A stretch of 64,000 bases of DNA from an uncultured Candidatus Rokubacteria bacterium (GTDB lineage: Bacteria; Methylomirabilota; Methylomirabilia; Rokubacteriales; DASRDR01). Under the pieces are notes generated by a model that did not search any database, was not told where the DNA came from, and was given only the letters and a program-made list of their open reading frames with translations. The stretch spans positions 384,001 through 448,000 of the forward strand of contig CAWDVE010000016.1 in assembly GCA_963805625.1 (NCBI GenBank). Direction: 5' to 3'. This document shows positions 9,850 through 19,790 of this stretch, one piece after another. Within the stretch, counting starts at the first letter, position 1, and every line of letters starts with the position of its first letter. The translations under genes and the position numbers were made by a program.

Positions 9850-11199
9850 TCAGGCCTCCATGAGCCGCATCTTGTCCGCGTGCCGGCGGATCGCATCGTG
9901 CACGAGCCTGGCGTCGGGGCCGATCTCCAGGGGCCGGTTGGCGTGCGTGGACGGGAGCCCCGGAATCAGCCCCAGGTGGTATGCCGTCTTCTGCTCGGCG
10001 AACTTCAGCCCGTGGGCGGTCGAGATCACGACAACGCGCTCATTCGAGCGGATGACCTTCCGCTCTACCAGCTTCCGGAGGGCGGCCAGGGCGACGCCGG
10101 TGTGCGGGCAGTTGAACATCCCGGTCCGGTCGGCGCGGGCTGCCTCGTCGGCGAGCTCGGACTCGCTGGCCTGTTCGACGACCCCGTTGAACTGGCGCAG
10201 CACCTTGACGGCACGCTTGTAGCTGACGGGGTTGCCGATCTGGATCGCGCTGGCGAGCGTCCTCTCCGCGTGCACCGGGCGGAACGTCTCGAAGCCCGTC
10301 AGAGACGCCAGGTATAGGGGATTGGCGTTTTCGGCCTGGGCCACCGCGATACGGGGAAGCTTCTGGATGAGTCCAAGCGCCTTCATCATGAGGAAGCCCT
10401 TGCCGAGCGCGCTCGTGTTCCCGAGATTGCCGCCCGGGATGACGATCCAGTCCGGAACCTCCCAGTCGAACTGCTGCACGAGCTCGATGGAGACGGTCTT
10501 CTGGCCCTCGATGCGGAGACTGTTCATCGAGTTGGCGAGATAGATGGTGCGCTCCTTGGTGATCTCCTGGACCAGCGCCATGCACCCGTCGAAGTCCGTG
10601 TCCAGTGCGAGGACGAGCGCCCCGTTCGCCAGCGGCTGCACGAGCTGCGCGGGCGAGACCTTGTTGCGGGGCAGCAGAACCACGGCGGGGATCCCGGCGG
10701 CGGCGCAGTAGTTTGCCAGCGCGGCCGACGTGTCCCCGGTGGACGCGCAGGCGATTGCAGTGATTGAGTCCCCCTCCTTGATCATCTGCTTGACTACCGA
10801 GACCAGCACGGTCATCCCCAGGTCCTTGAAGGACCCGGTGTGGGAGTTGCCGCACTGCTTGACCCAGAGGTCCTCGACTCCGAGCATCTTGCCGTAGCGG
10901 TCCGCCCACAGGAGGTTCGTGCCTCCCTCGTAGGTCGAGACGATGCTCTCGTTGTCGATGAAGGGGACCACCCACTCCTTCTTGCCCCACACGCCGGACC
11001 CGTAGGGGAACATGTTGCGCCGGTAGCGGTCGTCGAACAGCTGCATCCATGCCGCGGCCGACCGGCGCCGGAGAGGCTCGAGGTCGTGGACCACGTCGAG
11101 GAGGTCGTTGCACGTGGGACAGCGGTAGATGATCTCCAGCAGGCTGTACCGGCCGGGGCAACCGTTGACGCACTCGAACCAGGCGCTGTACTCGCTCAT
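9850..11199 (-). CDS. thrC: Threonine synthase (plant-type)
   Basis: [23 protein letters not shown] (PLP Lys), [17 protein letters not shown]; start MSEYSAW. Confidence 0.92.
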   Translation of the reverse strand: MSEYSAWFECVNGCPGRYSLLEIIYRCPTCNDLLDVVHDLEPLRRRSAAAWMQLFDDRYRRNMFPYGSGVWGKKEWVVPFIDNESIVSTYEGGTNLLWADRYGKMLGVEDLWVKQCGNSHTGSFKDLGMTVLVSVVKQMIKEGDSITAIACASTGDTSAALANYCAAAGIPAVVLLPRNKVSPAQLVQPLANGALVLALDTDFDGCMALVQEITKERTIYLANSMNSLRIEGQKTVSIELVQQFDWEVPDWIVIPGGNLGNTSALGKGFLMMKALGLIQKLPRIAVAQAENANPLYLASLTGFETFRPVHAERTLASAIQIGNPVSYKRAVKVLRQFNGVVEQASESELADEAARADRTGMFNCPHTGVALAALRKLVERKVIRSNERVVVISTAHGLKFAEQKTAYHLGLIPGLPSTHANRPLEIGPDARLVHDAIRRHADKMRLMEA

Positions 11200-11384
11200 G
11201 ACACACCCTCTCGGGAATCGTCGAACTGTCCTATCGTCCCACGGGGGGGTGGGCTGGCTCAACCGTCGCCAGGTGTCCGGCGCCCGTCCGCTGGCCGGGG
11301 GGGCCTGTGTTGCCCGACCCTGGGGTGGGCGGTAGACTTTACCCGCCGAATAGAGCCTTGCCCGCCAGGGTCTAACGGAACGCG

Positions 11385-11948
11385 ATGATAAGCCCATATT
11401 GCTGGCTGATCCGCCGCCAACTGGATGCCTACCAGGACGGCGAGCTCCCCGCCGAGGCCCGGATCCGTGTCGGAGCGCATCTCCCGGGCTGCGAGCCGTG
11501 CAGCCGGCAGGTCGAGGCGTTAGCCCGGCTCCGGACCGCCTTGGCGCTCGACGCGGCCGACCCCTCCGAGGCCATGTGGACGGCCTTCTGGCCCCAGGTG
11601 CGTGCCCGGATCGCCGCGCCCACTCCTGCCCCGGAGTCGGTCTGGAAACGGGTCTGGGGGGCAGTGCGGGTCCGACCCCGGCTGGGACTGGCTCCGGCGC
11701 TGGCAGCGGCCGCCCTCGCCGTCCTCGCGATGGTGGCCCCCTGGCAGCGAGCACCCCAGCACACGCCCTCCCCAGCATCTGTCGCCGGTGGGCTGGAAAC
11801 GGCGAGTATCCAGCCGGCTGGCCTGGATCACGTGGTCATCCAGTCGATCGAGACCGAGGATCCCGACCTCCCGGTCATGGTCTACGCGAGCCCGGAGTCG
11901 GACGTCACCGTGCTCTGGGTCTTCGGACTCCCTCGGACCGACACCTAG
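11385..11948 (+). CDS. Zinc-binding (zf-HC2) membrane anti-sigma factor-like protein
   Basis: [10 protein letters not shown]...HLPGCEPC (HxxxCxxC) followed by one TM helix. Confidence 0.75.
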   Translation: MISPYCWLIRRQLDAYQDGELPAEARIRVGAHLPGCEPCSRQVEALARLRTALALDAADPSEAMWTAFWPQVRARIAAPTPAPESVWKRVWGAVRVRPRLGLAPALAAAALAVLAMVAPWQRAPQHTPSPASVAGGLETASIQPAGLDHVVIQSIETEDPDLPVMVYASPESDVTVLWVFGLPRTDT

Positions 11949-11978
11949 AGGGGCCGAGGCCCCCTCCCCAGCCGGACT

Positions 11979-12827
11979 TCAGCGCTTCCGGATCCGGGCC
12001 AGCTCGTCTTTGGCCTGGGCCGCCTCTTCCGTGGACGGGAACTGGTCCACTAGGAACTGGAGGCGGGCCTCGGCCAGCTCCAGCTGGCCGAGCTCACCCA
12101 GGGCCAAGGCCTCCTTGTAGATCGCGGCCGGAACCCGGTCGCCCCGGGGATAGACGATCACCACCCTGCGGAACTCCTGGACCGCTCGCTCGAGCTCCTG
12201 GACCGCTCGGTCCGCTTCACCTCGGGCCTGGTGGGCTCGCGCCAAGCTGAAGTGGGACTCGCCGATCCAGTACTGGGCCTTCTCGGTGAGGGCGGTGCCG
12301 GGGTAAAGCCGCACGTACTCCCGGAACGCCGCGATCGCCAGGTTGTAGTGCCCCCGCGTGAAGTCAATGTAGGCGGTTTGGTAGAGGTCACTTGCCTGGC
12401 CGCCGGGCGTGGTCGGGCGCTGGGCGATCGTCGCGGGCGCGGGCACCGGCTGGGCGCCGCCGCTGCCCACCGGGGTCCCGACCGCCTCGAACTGGAGCGC
12501 CAGCGTGTCGATGCGGCGCCGCAGCTCGTCGACCCGGCCCTGAAGCTGTCCCGCCTCGCGCCCGAGGTCGTCGAGGCGCGTGCCCAGTCGCGCCACGCTC
12601 CTCTGGACCTCGGTCAGGGTCTGGATTGTCCGGCGATCGGTCGCCTGGATCTCGGTCAGGAGAGCGGAGCGGCTTCCCTGAACCTCCTGCTCCACGCGCA
12701 GGAGATCAACCCGGAGCCGGTCAAAATCCTCGTGGAGGAGGGGGGCGGCCTCCGGAGCGCACCCTACGAGCAGGGCGATCGCCCCGGCCACGGTGGTCAG
12801 CCGGCCCCCCGGCCTCCACGACGTCAC
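11979..12827 (-). CDS. cpoB: Tol-Pal system protein CpoB/YbgF (coiled coil + TPR lipoprotein)
   Basis: Lipobox LVGC, coiled coil, TPR AQYWIGESHF; last gene of the tol-pal operon. Confidence 0.85.
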   Translation of the reverse strand: MTSWRPGGRLTTVAGAIALLVGCAPEAAPLLHEDFDRLRVDLLRVEQEVQGSRSALLTEIQATDRRTIQTLTEVQRSVARLGTRLDDLGREAGQLQGRVDELRRRIDTLALQFEAVGTPVGSGGAQPVPAPATIAQRPTTPGGQASDLYQTAYIDFTRGHYNLAIAAFREYVRLYPGTALTEKAQYWIGESHFSLARAHQARGEADRAVQELERAVQEFRRVVIVYPRGDRVPAAIYKEALALGELGQLELAEARLQFLVDQFPSTEEAAQAKDELARIRKR

Positions 12828-12835
12828 TCGGCAGG

Positions 12836-13549
12836 CTACTGCTTGACGAGGAAGTGGGCCCGGCGGTTCTTAGACCAGCAGCCTTCGACCTTCTCCGTGC
12901 AGGTCGGCCGCTCCTCGCCGTAGCTGATGACCGTGATCCGACCCGCATCGATGCCGACCGACACAAGATAGTCGCGGGTCGCCTTCGCCCGCCGCTCCCC
13001 GAGCGCGAGGTTGTACTCGTTGGTTCCGCGCTCGTCCGCGTGCCCTTCGATCAGGAGCAGCGCGCTCTCGTTGCTCTTCAGCCACTTGGCGTTCTCGTCG
13101 AGGGTGCCCTTGTCGCCGGTCCGGATGTCGTACCGATCGAAGTCGAAGTAGACGTCGCGGAGCGCAGCGCTCTCCACGAACTCCTTCGGTGACGGCAGAG
13201 ACGGGATCGTCGTGCCGGTCGCTGCCGCGCCGCCGGCGCCCGCTCCGCCCGCCCCGGCGCCCGCGCCGGCCGCGCCCGCGCCACCGGCGCCCGTGCCGCC
13301 CGCCCCGGCGCCCAGGCTGCCGGCCGAGCCGGGCCCGCTACCCATCGCGCCGCCCGCGCCCGCGCCGCCGGCCCCGGTGCCGGCGCCGCCCGCCCCGCTA
13401 CCCGTCCCGCCCGACACGGTCGGGCCCGCTCCACCGCCGGGTCCGGTCCCGGCCTGTGGCGCCGGCTTCTTCGGACACCCCGTCAAGACCACGGATGCGG
13501 CGAACAGCGCGAGCACGGTGAACGTCGTCTGCCAGGGTCTCCGAGTCAT
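12836..13549 (-). CDS. pal: Peptidoglycan-associated lipoprotein Pal with long Gly/Ala linker
   Basis: Lipobox LTGC; OmpA domain VYFDFD, IEGHADERGTNEYNLALGERRA, NRRAHF. Confidence 0.95.
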   Translation of the reverse strand: MTRRPWQTTFTVLALFAASVVLTGCPKKPAPQAGTGPGGGAGPTVSGGTGSGAGGAGTGAGGAGAGGAMGSGPGSAGSLGAGAGGTGAGGAGAAGAGAGAGGAGAGGAAATGTTIPSLPSPKEFVESAALRDVYFDFDRYDIRTGDKGTLDENAKWLKSNESALLLIEGHADERGTNEYNLALGERRAKATRDYLVSVGIDAGRITVISYGEERPTCTEKVEGCWSKNRRAHFLVKQ

Positions 13550-13586
13550 ACCACGCTCCTTTCGCTAGGGGGGGTCCGTCGAGGCC

Positions 13587-14930
13587 TCATTGTGGGCGCG
13601 GCGACCACGTTGGGCTGGACGCCTCACCCCGGTCTCGGGTGAGAGGCTGCTGCTCGGTGCCGTCGGCCAACATCGTGTAGAGCTGAGTCCGGCCGCCGCG
13701 GGACGACGAGAACACGATGTGGCGACCGTTGGGCGCCCAGGAGGCCGCCTCGTTGCTGCCGTTGCCCTGAGTCAGGGCGCGGGCGTTTGAACCGTCGGGG
13801 CTGATGGCCCAGAGGTCGAACCCACCGGACGTCCGGCGGGTGAAGAGGATGGTGTCCCCCCGGGGCGACCACCGCGGCTGCGTGTCATACGAGCCTCCGA
13901 ACGAGAGCCGCCGCGCATTCGTGCCCTCGGCGCTCATCACCCAGATCTGGGGCGATCCGGAGCGATCCGAGGTGAAGGCGATCTCGCGACCGGTGGGCGA
14001 CCAGGACGGGTCCGTCTCGATTCCACGGTTGTTCGTGAGCTGCCGGAAGTCCGAGGTGCCAACGCGCAGTGAGTAGATGTCCGGATTTCCACCCTTGGAG
14101 AGGGTGAGCGCGATGAGGCGACCATCCGGTGCCCACGCGGGGGCCGTATTGATCCCCGGCCAGGCGGACATGAGCTCGGGCTCCTGCCCGCGCCGCCGCG
14201 GGTTGAATGGGTGGAGCCGGAAGAGGTACGGGTACCCCTTGAAGAACGAGGTGAACGCCACCGATGAGTCCGTGGGGCTCCACGCCGGCGACAGGGACGT
14301 GCTGCGGAGGTTCGTGAGCTGGGCCTGGTTGAATCCATCGTAGTCGATCATCACGAGCTCTTTGTTCGCGCCGACCTGTGACACGTACGCGATCTTCGTC
14401 TCGGCGATGCCCCGCTCGCCGGTGAACTGGTACACGACCTCGTCGGCGATCCGGTGTGCGAGCCGCCGGTGATCAGCCAGGGGCTCCACCCAGAACATCT
14501 TGGAGGCGATCAGTCGGAACTCGGGGTTCGTGAGGTCGTAGAGGCGGAACTCGATGGTGAGGCGCTGGCCGTCGATCCGCATGAGCCCGTGCATTGCGGC
14601 GTGAGCCCCGGCCTGCTGGAGGCGCGCGAACTCCTGCTTGATGCCGTCCTGCGCCGCAGGCAGGGCAGGAGTGTTGGCGACCGCGAAGAGCGCCGAGAAC
14701 CTGAGGTCGTTGCCGATGATCTCCGGCACGCCCCGCGCGAAGTTCCCCTCGTCCGGCACCGACGTGAGCCGGGTGAACTCGGGAATCGCGATGCCCAGCT
14801 TCTTCGACCCGCCCTGGGTGACGTTGAGGAAGACCTCGACTCCCTGGGACTGGAGACGCGCGGGCGCTGCCAGCAGGGCGAGCCCGAAGGCCGCCAGCAA
14901 GAGCAGTAGCGCGCATCCCGGCCTTCTCAT
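13587..14930 (-). CDS. tolB: Tol-Pal beta-propeller protein TolB
   Basis: Signal peptide, AHRIADEVVYQFTGERG, KIAYV, PD40 repeats; operon context. Confidence 0.93.
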   Translation of the reverse strand: MRRPGCALLLLLAAFGLALLAAPARLQSQGVEVFLNVTQGGSKKLGIAIPEFTRLTSVPDEGNFARGVPEIIGNDLRFSALFAVANTPALPAAQDGIKQEFARLQQAGAHAAMHGLMRIDGQRLTIEFRLYDLTNPEFRLIASKMFWVEPLADHRRLAHRIADEVVYQFTGERGIAETKIAYVSQVGANKELVMIDYDGFNQAQLTNLRSTSLSPAWSPTDSSVAFTSFFKGYPYLFRLHPFNPRRRGQEPELMSAWPGINTAPAWAPDGRLIALTLSKGGNPDIYSLRVGTSDFRQLTNNRGIETDPSWSPTGREIAFTSDRSGSPQIWVMSAEGTNARRLSFGGSYDTQPRWSPRGDTILFTRRTSGGFDLWAISPDGSNARALTQGNGSNEAASWAPNGRHIVFSSSRGGRTQLYTMLADGTEQQPLTRDRGEASSPTWSPRPQ

Positions 14931-14931
14931 G

Positions 14932-15954
14932 TCAGCCCCGGTTGAGCCCTGGATCGAAGCCAAAGTTCACCTTCAGATACTGCCCAGGAAACTCCCGGGG
15001 CAGAGGCGGGAAGGGCAGGGATTCGACGACCGCGCGCAGTGCGGACTGGTCGTAGAGCTCGTTCCCCGAGCTTTGCTTGATCTTCGGCTCGCCTCGAAGC
15101 TGGCCCTCCCGGTCGATCTCGAAGTAGACCACCGCCGAGACTTGCTCGGATGCGACGAGGACCGGGCGCCGCCATCGCTCGGACACCTTCGCATGCAGCT
15201 GGCGGAGGTAGTACGTGAAGGGGAAGTCGCTGGCGTCTACCGAGAGATTGCTCCCGGAGACGGAGGGAGCGTTGGGCCGGCCTGTCCGCATCGGTTCCAC
15301 TGCCGCCCGGCTCGGAGCCGGAGTCGCCGGCGGTGAGGCCGGGGCCGTGGGAGCCGCGGGCGGCGCCGCGATCCGCGGGGGCTCGGGCAGCTGCGGCGGG
15401 GAGGTCGGGAGCACGGGCGCCGCGGCCGGCGGGGTCACGGCCGGCGGCGGCGGCAGGCTTCGCTCGATCACCCGGGGGGGCGGCGGCAGAAGGGCGGGGT
15501 TCTCCTTCTCGGCGCGCCGGGGCAGGGCGAGCTCCGAGGGCTCGAGTGTCTTCGGCCGGGCGGCGGCGACTTCAGGCGCGCGCGGCGGCGGCGGCTCGAC
15601 GACCCGCTCCGGGGGCCGTTCCGGCCGGGGCGGCTCGGGGCGCGCCGCCTTCGGCGGAGCCTTCTCCTCGGCCTTGGGCGCGGGCGGGGTGGGTCGTGGC
15701 GACTCCGGCGCCCGCACGGTCCGCGCCGGCGGATCGGCCGCGGGGCTCCCGAGCGCGGGGGTGGCCGGGACGAGGTTGACGATGTAGACCTTCGACTGGT
15801 CCATGCGGGAGCCGAGGAATGCGGAGAGGGCCAGAGCGGCTCCGAAGCACGCCATGTGTGCGAGGAAGGACACGGCCAGAAACCCGTAGGGCGGCGGGTC
15901 TTCGGGGAAGGTGATGAAGCGGCGAGGAACCCGGTAGACGACCGGCGCAGCCAT
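14932..15954 (-). CDS. tolA: TolA/TonB-family energy transducer
   Basis: N-terminal TM with S..AH motif, Pro-rich linker, TonB_C domain SSGNELYDQSALRAV. Confidence 0.8.
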   Translation of the reverse strand: MAAPVVYRVPRRFITFPEDPPPYGFLAVSFLAHMACFGAALALSAFLGSRMDQSKVYIVNLVPATPALGSPAADPPARTVRAPESPRPTPPAPKAEEKAPPKAARPEPPRPERPPERVVEPPPPRAPEVAAARPKTLEPSELALPRRAEKENPALLPPPPRVIERSLPPPPAVTPPAAAPVLPTSPPQLPEPPRIAAPPAAPTAPASPPATPAPSRAAVEPMRTGRPNAPSVSGSNLSVDASDFPFTYYLRQLHAKVSERWRRPVLVASEQVSAVVYFEIDREGQLRGEPKIKQSSGNELYDQSALRAVVESLPFPPLPREFPGQYLKVNFGFDPGLNRG

Positions 15955-15957
15955 CGC

Positions 15958-16389
15958 CTACTCCCGCCTCGGCAGGGGCTCGGTGACCATTCCGACCCGC
16001 TCGACCCCGGCCCGGCGGACCCGGTCCATGGTCTCCACGACGTGCCCGTAGGCGAGGTCCTTGTCGGCCTTGATGAAGAGCGTCCGGTCCGTCCGGTCCC
16101 GCAGGAGATCCCGCAGGCGGGTCTCCAGGTTGGCGAGAGGGAGCGGGCGCTCGTTGAGATAGAGGAGGCGGTCCTTGGTGATGGTCAGCACCAGGCGCTC
16201 CTCGACCGCCGTGGGCTTCCCCCCGCTCCGCGGGAGGTTCACGTCGATGCCGCGGTACATCATGGGCGCCGTCAGCATGAAGATGAGCAGCAGCACGAGG
16301 ACAACGTCGACGAGAGGAATGACGTTGATCTCGGCCAGTGTGCTGCGGGTGCCGGCACCCTCCGCGCCGGCGTCGGCCTTGATCGCCAT
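15958..16389 (-). CDS. tolR: TolR/ExbD
   Basis: EINVIPLVDVVLVLLLIFM, IKADKDLAYGHV. Confidence 0.92.
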   Translation of the reverse strand: MAIKADAGAEGAGTRSTLAEINVIPLVDVVLVLLLIFMLTAPMMYRGIDVNLPRSGGKPTAVEERLVLTITKDRLLYLNERPLPLANLETRLRDLLRDRTDRTLFIKADKDLAYGHVVETMDRVRRAGVERVGMVTEPLPRRE

Positions 16390-16390
16390 C

Positions 16391-17149
16391 CTAGAAGGGC
16401 TTCGTGCTCCGTACGAGCCGGCGCTCGATTAGGTTGGCCAGCTCGAGCGCGAAGTTGTCCATCTCGGTTGTCCAGTGGCGCACCCGCCCGACGAAGTAGT
16501 TGTACCCGACGACGGCCGGGATCGCAGCGGCCAGTCCGGCCGCGGTGGCGACCAGCGCGCCCGAGATGCCCGGCGCGACCACGGCCAGGCTCGCCGATCC
16601 CTGCGTGCCGATCGCCTGGAAGGAGTTCATGATGCCGATGACCGTGCCGAGGAGACCGATGAAGGGGCCGGAGCTGGCGGTCGTCGCCAGGAACGCGAGA
16701 TAGCGCTCCATCCGCTCGATCTCGCTCGCGTGCACGCGCCGCGTCGCACGCTGGACCGATTCGAGACGATCCGGCGAGATGCCCTCCTCGGCCGGCTCCG
16801 GGGGACCATCCATCACGTCTGGCGGCGGCGCGCCGCTTGCCGAGAGCTCCTGGTACGCCGCGAGGTAGACACGGCCGAGCGGGCTCTGGCGGAGCCGCTT
16901 GGCACCCGAAGCCACCAGCGAGAACCGGCGCGACTCGCGGTACGTCTTGAGGAAGCGCGCGCTCTCGCTGCTGACCATGCGGAACTGGAGCGCCTTGTGC
17001 AGGATGATCGCCCATGAGATCACCGACATCGCGAGGAGGACGACCAGAACGACCTTCTCGAGAGGACCGACATCGGCGATGATCTCGCCGAAACTACCGA
17101 GACTGGAAAGCCCGAGCACGACGCTCAGACCCTCGAATCCGTCCAGCAC
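16391..17149 (-). CDS. tolQ: TolQ/ExbB proton channel
   Basis: PFIGLLGTVIGIM, VAPGISGALVATAAGL. Confidence 0.92.
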   Translation of the reverse strand: MLDGFEGLSVVLGLSSLGSFGEIIADVGPLEKVVLVVLLAMSVISWAIILHKALQFRMVSSESARFLKTYRESRRFSLVASGAKRLRQSPLGRVYLAAYQELSASGAPPPDVMDGPPEPAEEGISPDRLESVQRATRRVHASEIERMERYLAFLATTASSGPFIGLLGTVIGIMNSFQAIGTQGSASLAVVAPGISGALVATAAGLAAAIPAVVGYNYFVGRVRHWTTEMDNFALELANLIERRLVRSTKPF

Positions 17150-17185
17150 GCTCTGAGCAATAAGACCTCCTGCAACGTTTCCGCC

Positions 17186-17215
17186 ATCATACCCAGCGGC
17201 TCAGAAGAGTGTCAA
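17186..17215 (-). promoter_or_regulatory. Sigma70-type promoter for the tol-pal operon
   Basis: TTGACA-18 nt-TATGAT on the minus strand, with GGAGG downstream. Confidence 0.6.
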
Positions 17216-17265
17216 ACAAATTTCCGATTTTGCGAGTGCTTCCGACGCGCGCGACGGCTTTTCGT

Positions 17266-17295
17266 TTGACACCCCGGAGCGCCGTGGGGTAATAG
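17266..17295 (+). promoter_or_regulatory. Sigma70-type promoter for lgt (probably leaderless)
   Basis: TTGACA-18 nt-TAATAG, ending just upstream of the GTG at 17302. Confidence 0.45.
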
Positions 17296-17301
17296 GAAGC
17301 C

Positions 17302-18117
17302 GTGTTCCGGTCGCCCGGGCCCATTGCCCTCGCGTTTCGCCTTCCGGCCGACCTCCCGCTGGTGGGCGGACTGTCCGTGTCGATCCGGTGGTACGGCGTG
17401 CTCATCGCGTCGTCGATGGCATTCGGACTCTGGCTCTCCGCCCGTGAGGCTGCTCGTCGTGGCGAGTCTCCCGACGACCTTCTCAAGGCGGCGGAGATCG
17501 CCCTGATCGGCGGCCTGATCGGCGCCCGGCTGTACTACGTCCTCTTCAACCTCGACTACTACCAGACGCAGCCGTGGTGGCGGATGTTCGCGGTCTGGGA
17601 GGGTGGCCTGGCGATCCACGGGGGCCTCATCGCGGGGTTGCTCACGGGCGGTGCCTACGTCTGGGCCAAGGGGCTGCCGCTTCTCGCGTATCTGGACATC
17701 GTGGCGCCGTCCCTCCTGCTCGCGCAGGCGATCGGCCGGTGGGGCAACTTCTTCAACGAGGAGGCGTTCGGGAGGCCGACCGACCTGCCGTGGAAGCTCT
17801 ACATCTCGGAGCCGCGCCGGCCGCCAGCCTTCGTGGATCACCAGTACTTCCATCCCACCTTCCTCTACGAGTCGCTCTGGAACGCCGCGACCTTCCTCCT
17901 CCTGTACTTCGTCCTCCGGCGACGGTTCGAGCGGGCGCCGGGCGCCCTGTTTCTCGCGTACCTCGGGTTCTACTCGCTCGGACGCTTCTGGGTCGAGGGG
18001 CTCCGGACCGACAGCCTCATGCTCGGCTCGTTCCGGGTCGCGCAGCTCGTGAGCGTCGCGGCGGTCATCGTGGCTGCCGTCGGCATCCCGATCCTGCTGC
18101 GCCGCCGTCGGACCTGA
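17302..18117 (+). CDS. lgt: Prolipoprotein diacylglyceryl transferase
   Basis: IRWYG, GARLYYV, GGLAIHGG, GRWGNFFNEEAFG, HPTFLYES. Confidence 0.96.
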   Translation: MFRSPGPIALAFRLPADLPLVGGLSVSIRWYGVLIASSMAFGLWLSAREAARRGESPDDLLKAAEIALIGGLIGARLYYVLFNLDYYQTQPWWRMFAVWEGGLAIHGGLIAGLLTGGAYVWAKGLPLLAYLDIVAPSLLLAQAIGRWGNFFNEEAFGRPTDLPWKLYISEPRRPPAFVDHQYFHPTFLYESLWNAATFLLLYFVLRRRFERAPGALFLAYLGFYSLGRFWVEGLRTDSLMLGSFRVAQLVSVAAVIVAAVGIPILLRRRRT

Positions 18118-18240
18118 GGGCTGCCCGGGGCGGCCACGCGCCATGGGACCGAGCCGACCGGCCCAGGCTTCCCGGCGGAGGCGGGTGGGCGCGCGGCGCG
18201 GCCCCGCTCGCCGCGTCAGGGCTGCGTCTGGCCGGCCCGC

Positions 18241-18795
18241 CGCGGGCCTCTCGTTTGCCTGCCTGGGCGACCGGCCCTGCTACCCGTCCACTGCCGGGTC
18301 GAGCACGTCGGCCTGGTGGAGCGGCTCCTCGGGCTGTTCGGACTCGCGGACGAGGGGCTGGAGGTGCCGGTCGTGCCCGTCGTGCCCGTCGAGCCGCAGG
18401 AGGGCCTGCGCGTGCTCGCGACGGCGGATCTCGTGATGACGGCGTCGCCGAACCTGCACGGGAGCATGCCCAACCTGGCGGTTCGCCTGGACGCGGGGGG
18501 GCGGAGCCTCGTCGACTCGTCGGACACCCGGCCGTGTGCCGAGGTCGAGGCGCTATCCCAGAACGCCACGGCGCTGGTCCACGAGGCGACGTTCGCCCGG
18601 CCCAATCCTGCTGAGTGGCCTTCGACCGCGCGGGAGGCGGGTGCGGTCGCCCGCGCTGCCGGGGTCGGCCGGCTGTACCTGGCCCACGTCGGCTACACGG
18701 TCCACGGGACGCTCCGGGATCACGTGGCCGCCGCTCGCGCGGGTTTCGGGGGGACGGTGAGCATGGCGGAGGAGCTCCGCTGGTATCGGGTCTAG
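18241..18795 (+). pseudogene. Truncated RNase Z/BN-like metallo-beta-lactamase (C-terminal half only)
   Basis: SDTRPC, LVHEATF, LYLAHV present; N-terminal HxHxDH motif and a plausible start are missing. Confidence 0.55.
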
Positions 18796-18959
18796 GGCTT
18801 CTCGGCCGGCTGGGCCGGATTGGGCGGTTCGGCCAGCTCAGGGGGCGGCCGGCGCCCGAGGCGGTCCCAGCGCGCCGCGGCCACGTCGACGCCGGCGCGG
18901 CGCGCCTGTCAGCCCTCGTCGGCCGGCTCGGCATCGGCTTCCTGGCCGCCGCGGGGTGC

Positions 18960-19790
18960 ATGATCCTCACGCTCGACCGCCGCGCGGGCGCCGACGTCAC
19001 GCTGGCGCTCATCCATATGACGATCGTCGCCATCACCAGCTGGCGCTTCCGTCCGGCCGGTCGCTGGGCGACCGTCGGTCTCGCCACCGCCGGCTGGAGT
19101 GCCACGCAGCTGATGGCGGCGGGCACGGCCGTCACCGACACGCCGACGGAGGCGCTGGCCTGGCACGTGGGGCTGCGGCTGGCGGCGCTCGCGAGCGTGG
19201 CCGCGACCGTGGGCGCCGGGCGCGCCGCCGTCCGGCGGCTCCTCCGGACGGAAGATGCGCTCGCGCTCTCCCTCCTCCGCGAGCGCGACTCGGCCCGTCG
19301 CGATCGGCTGACGCGGCTCTGGAACTCCCGCTACCTCCATGAGGCGCTCGAGCGCGAGATCTACCGCTGCCGGCGCTATGGGCGCCCGTTCGGCCTTCTG
19401 GTGGTCGACCTCGACGGGTTCAAGGCCGTGAACGACACGGCCGGCCACGAGGCCGGCGACCGCGTGCTCCAGGCGGTCGGGCGCGTGATCCGCGAGAACT
19501 GCCGGACGACTGACATCCCCGCGCGCCTCGGGGGTGACGAGTTCGCGGTCATCCTGGCCGAGGCCTCGCGTCTCACGGTGCCGCGCTATGCGCTAAAGCT
19601 CGTGGACCTCATCGCGCGCCTGCCGTTCCCACCGGAGCTCCCGCGGGTCACCGCGAGCGTCGGCGCGGTCGCGTTCGAGCGCGCCCCGGAGTCGGTGGAG
19701 GCCGCGCTCGGCGCGGCCGACGAGGCGATGTACGCGGCCAAGCGTGAGGGGAAGAACCGCGTGGTGGTTCACGAGGCGGGGGGGCCATGA
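18960..19790 (+). CDS. Membrane-anchored diguanylate cyclase (GGDEF)
   Basis: DRLTRLWN, DLDGFKAVNDTAGHEAGD, RLGGDEF, AMYAAK; true start may lie up to about 180 bp upstream. Confidence 0.88.
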   Translation: MILTLDRRAGADVTLALIHMTIVAITSWRFRPAGRWATVGLATAGWSATQLMAAGTAVTDTPTEALAWHVGLRLAALASVAATVGAGRAAVRRLLRTEDALALSLLRERDSARRDRLTRLWNSRYLHEALEREIYRCRRYGRPFGLLVVDLDGFKAVNDTAGHEAGDRVLQAVGRVIRENCRTTDIPARLGGDEFAVILAEASRLTVPRYALKLVDLIARLPFPPELPRVTASVGAVAFERAPESVEAALGAADEAMYAAKREGKNRVVVHEAGGP

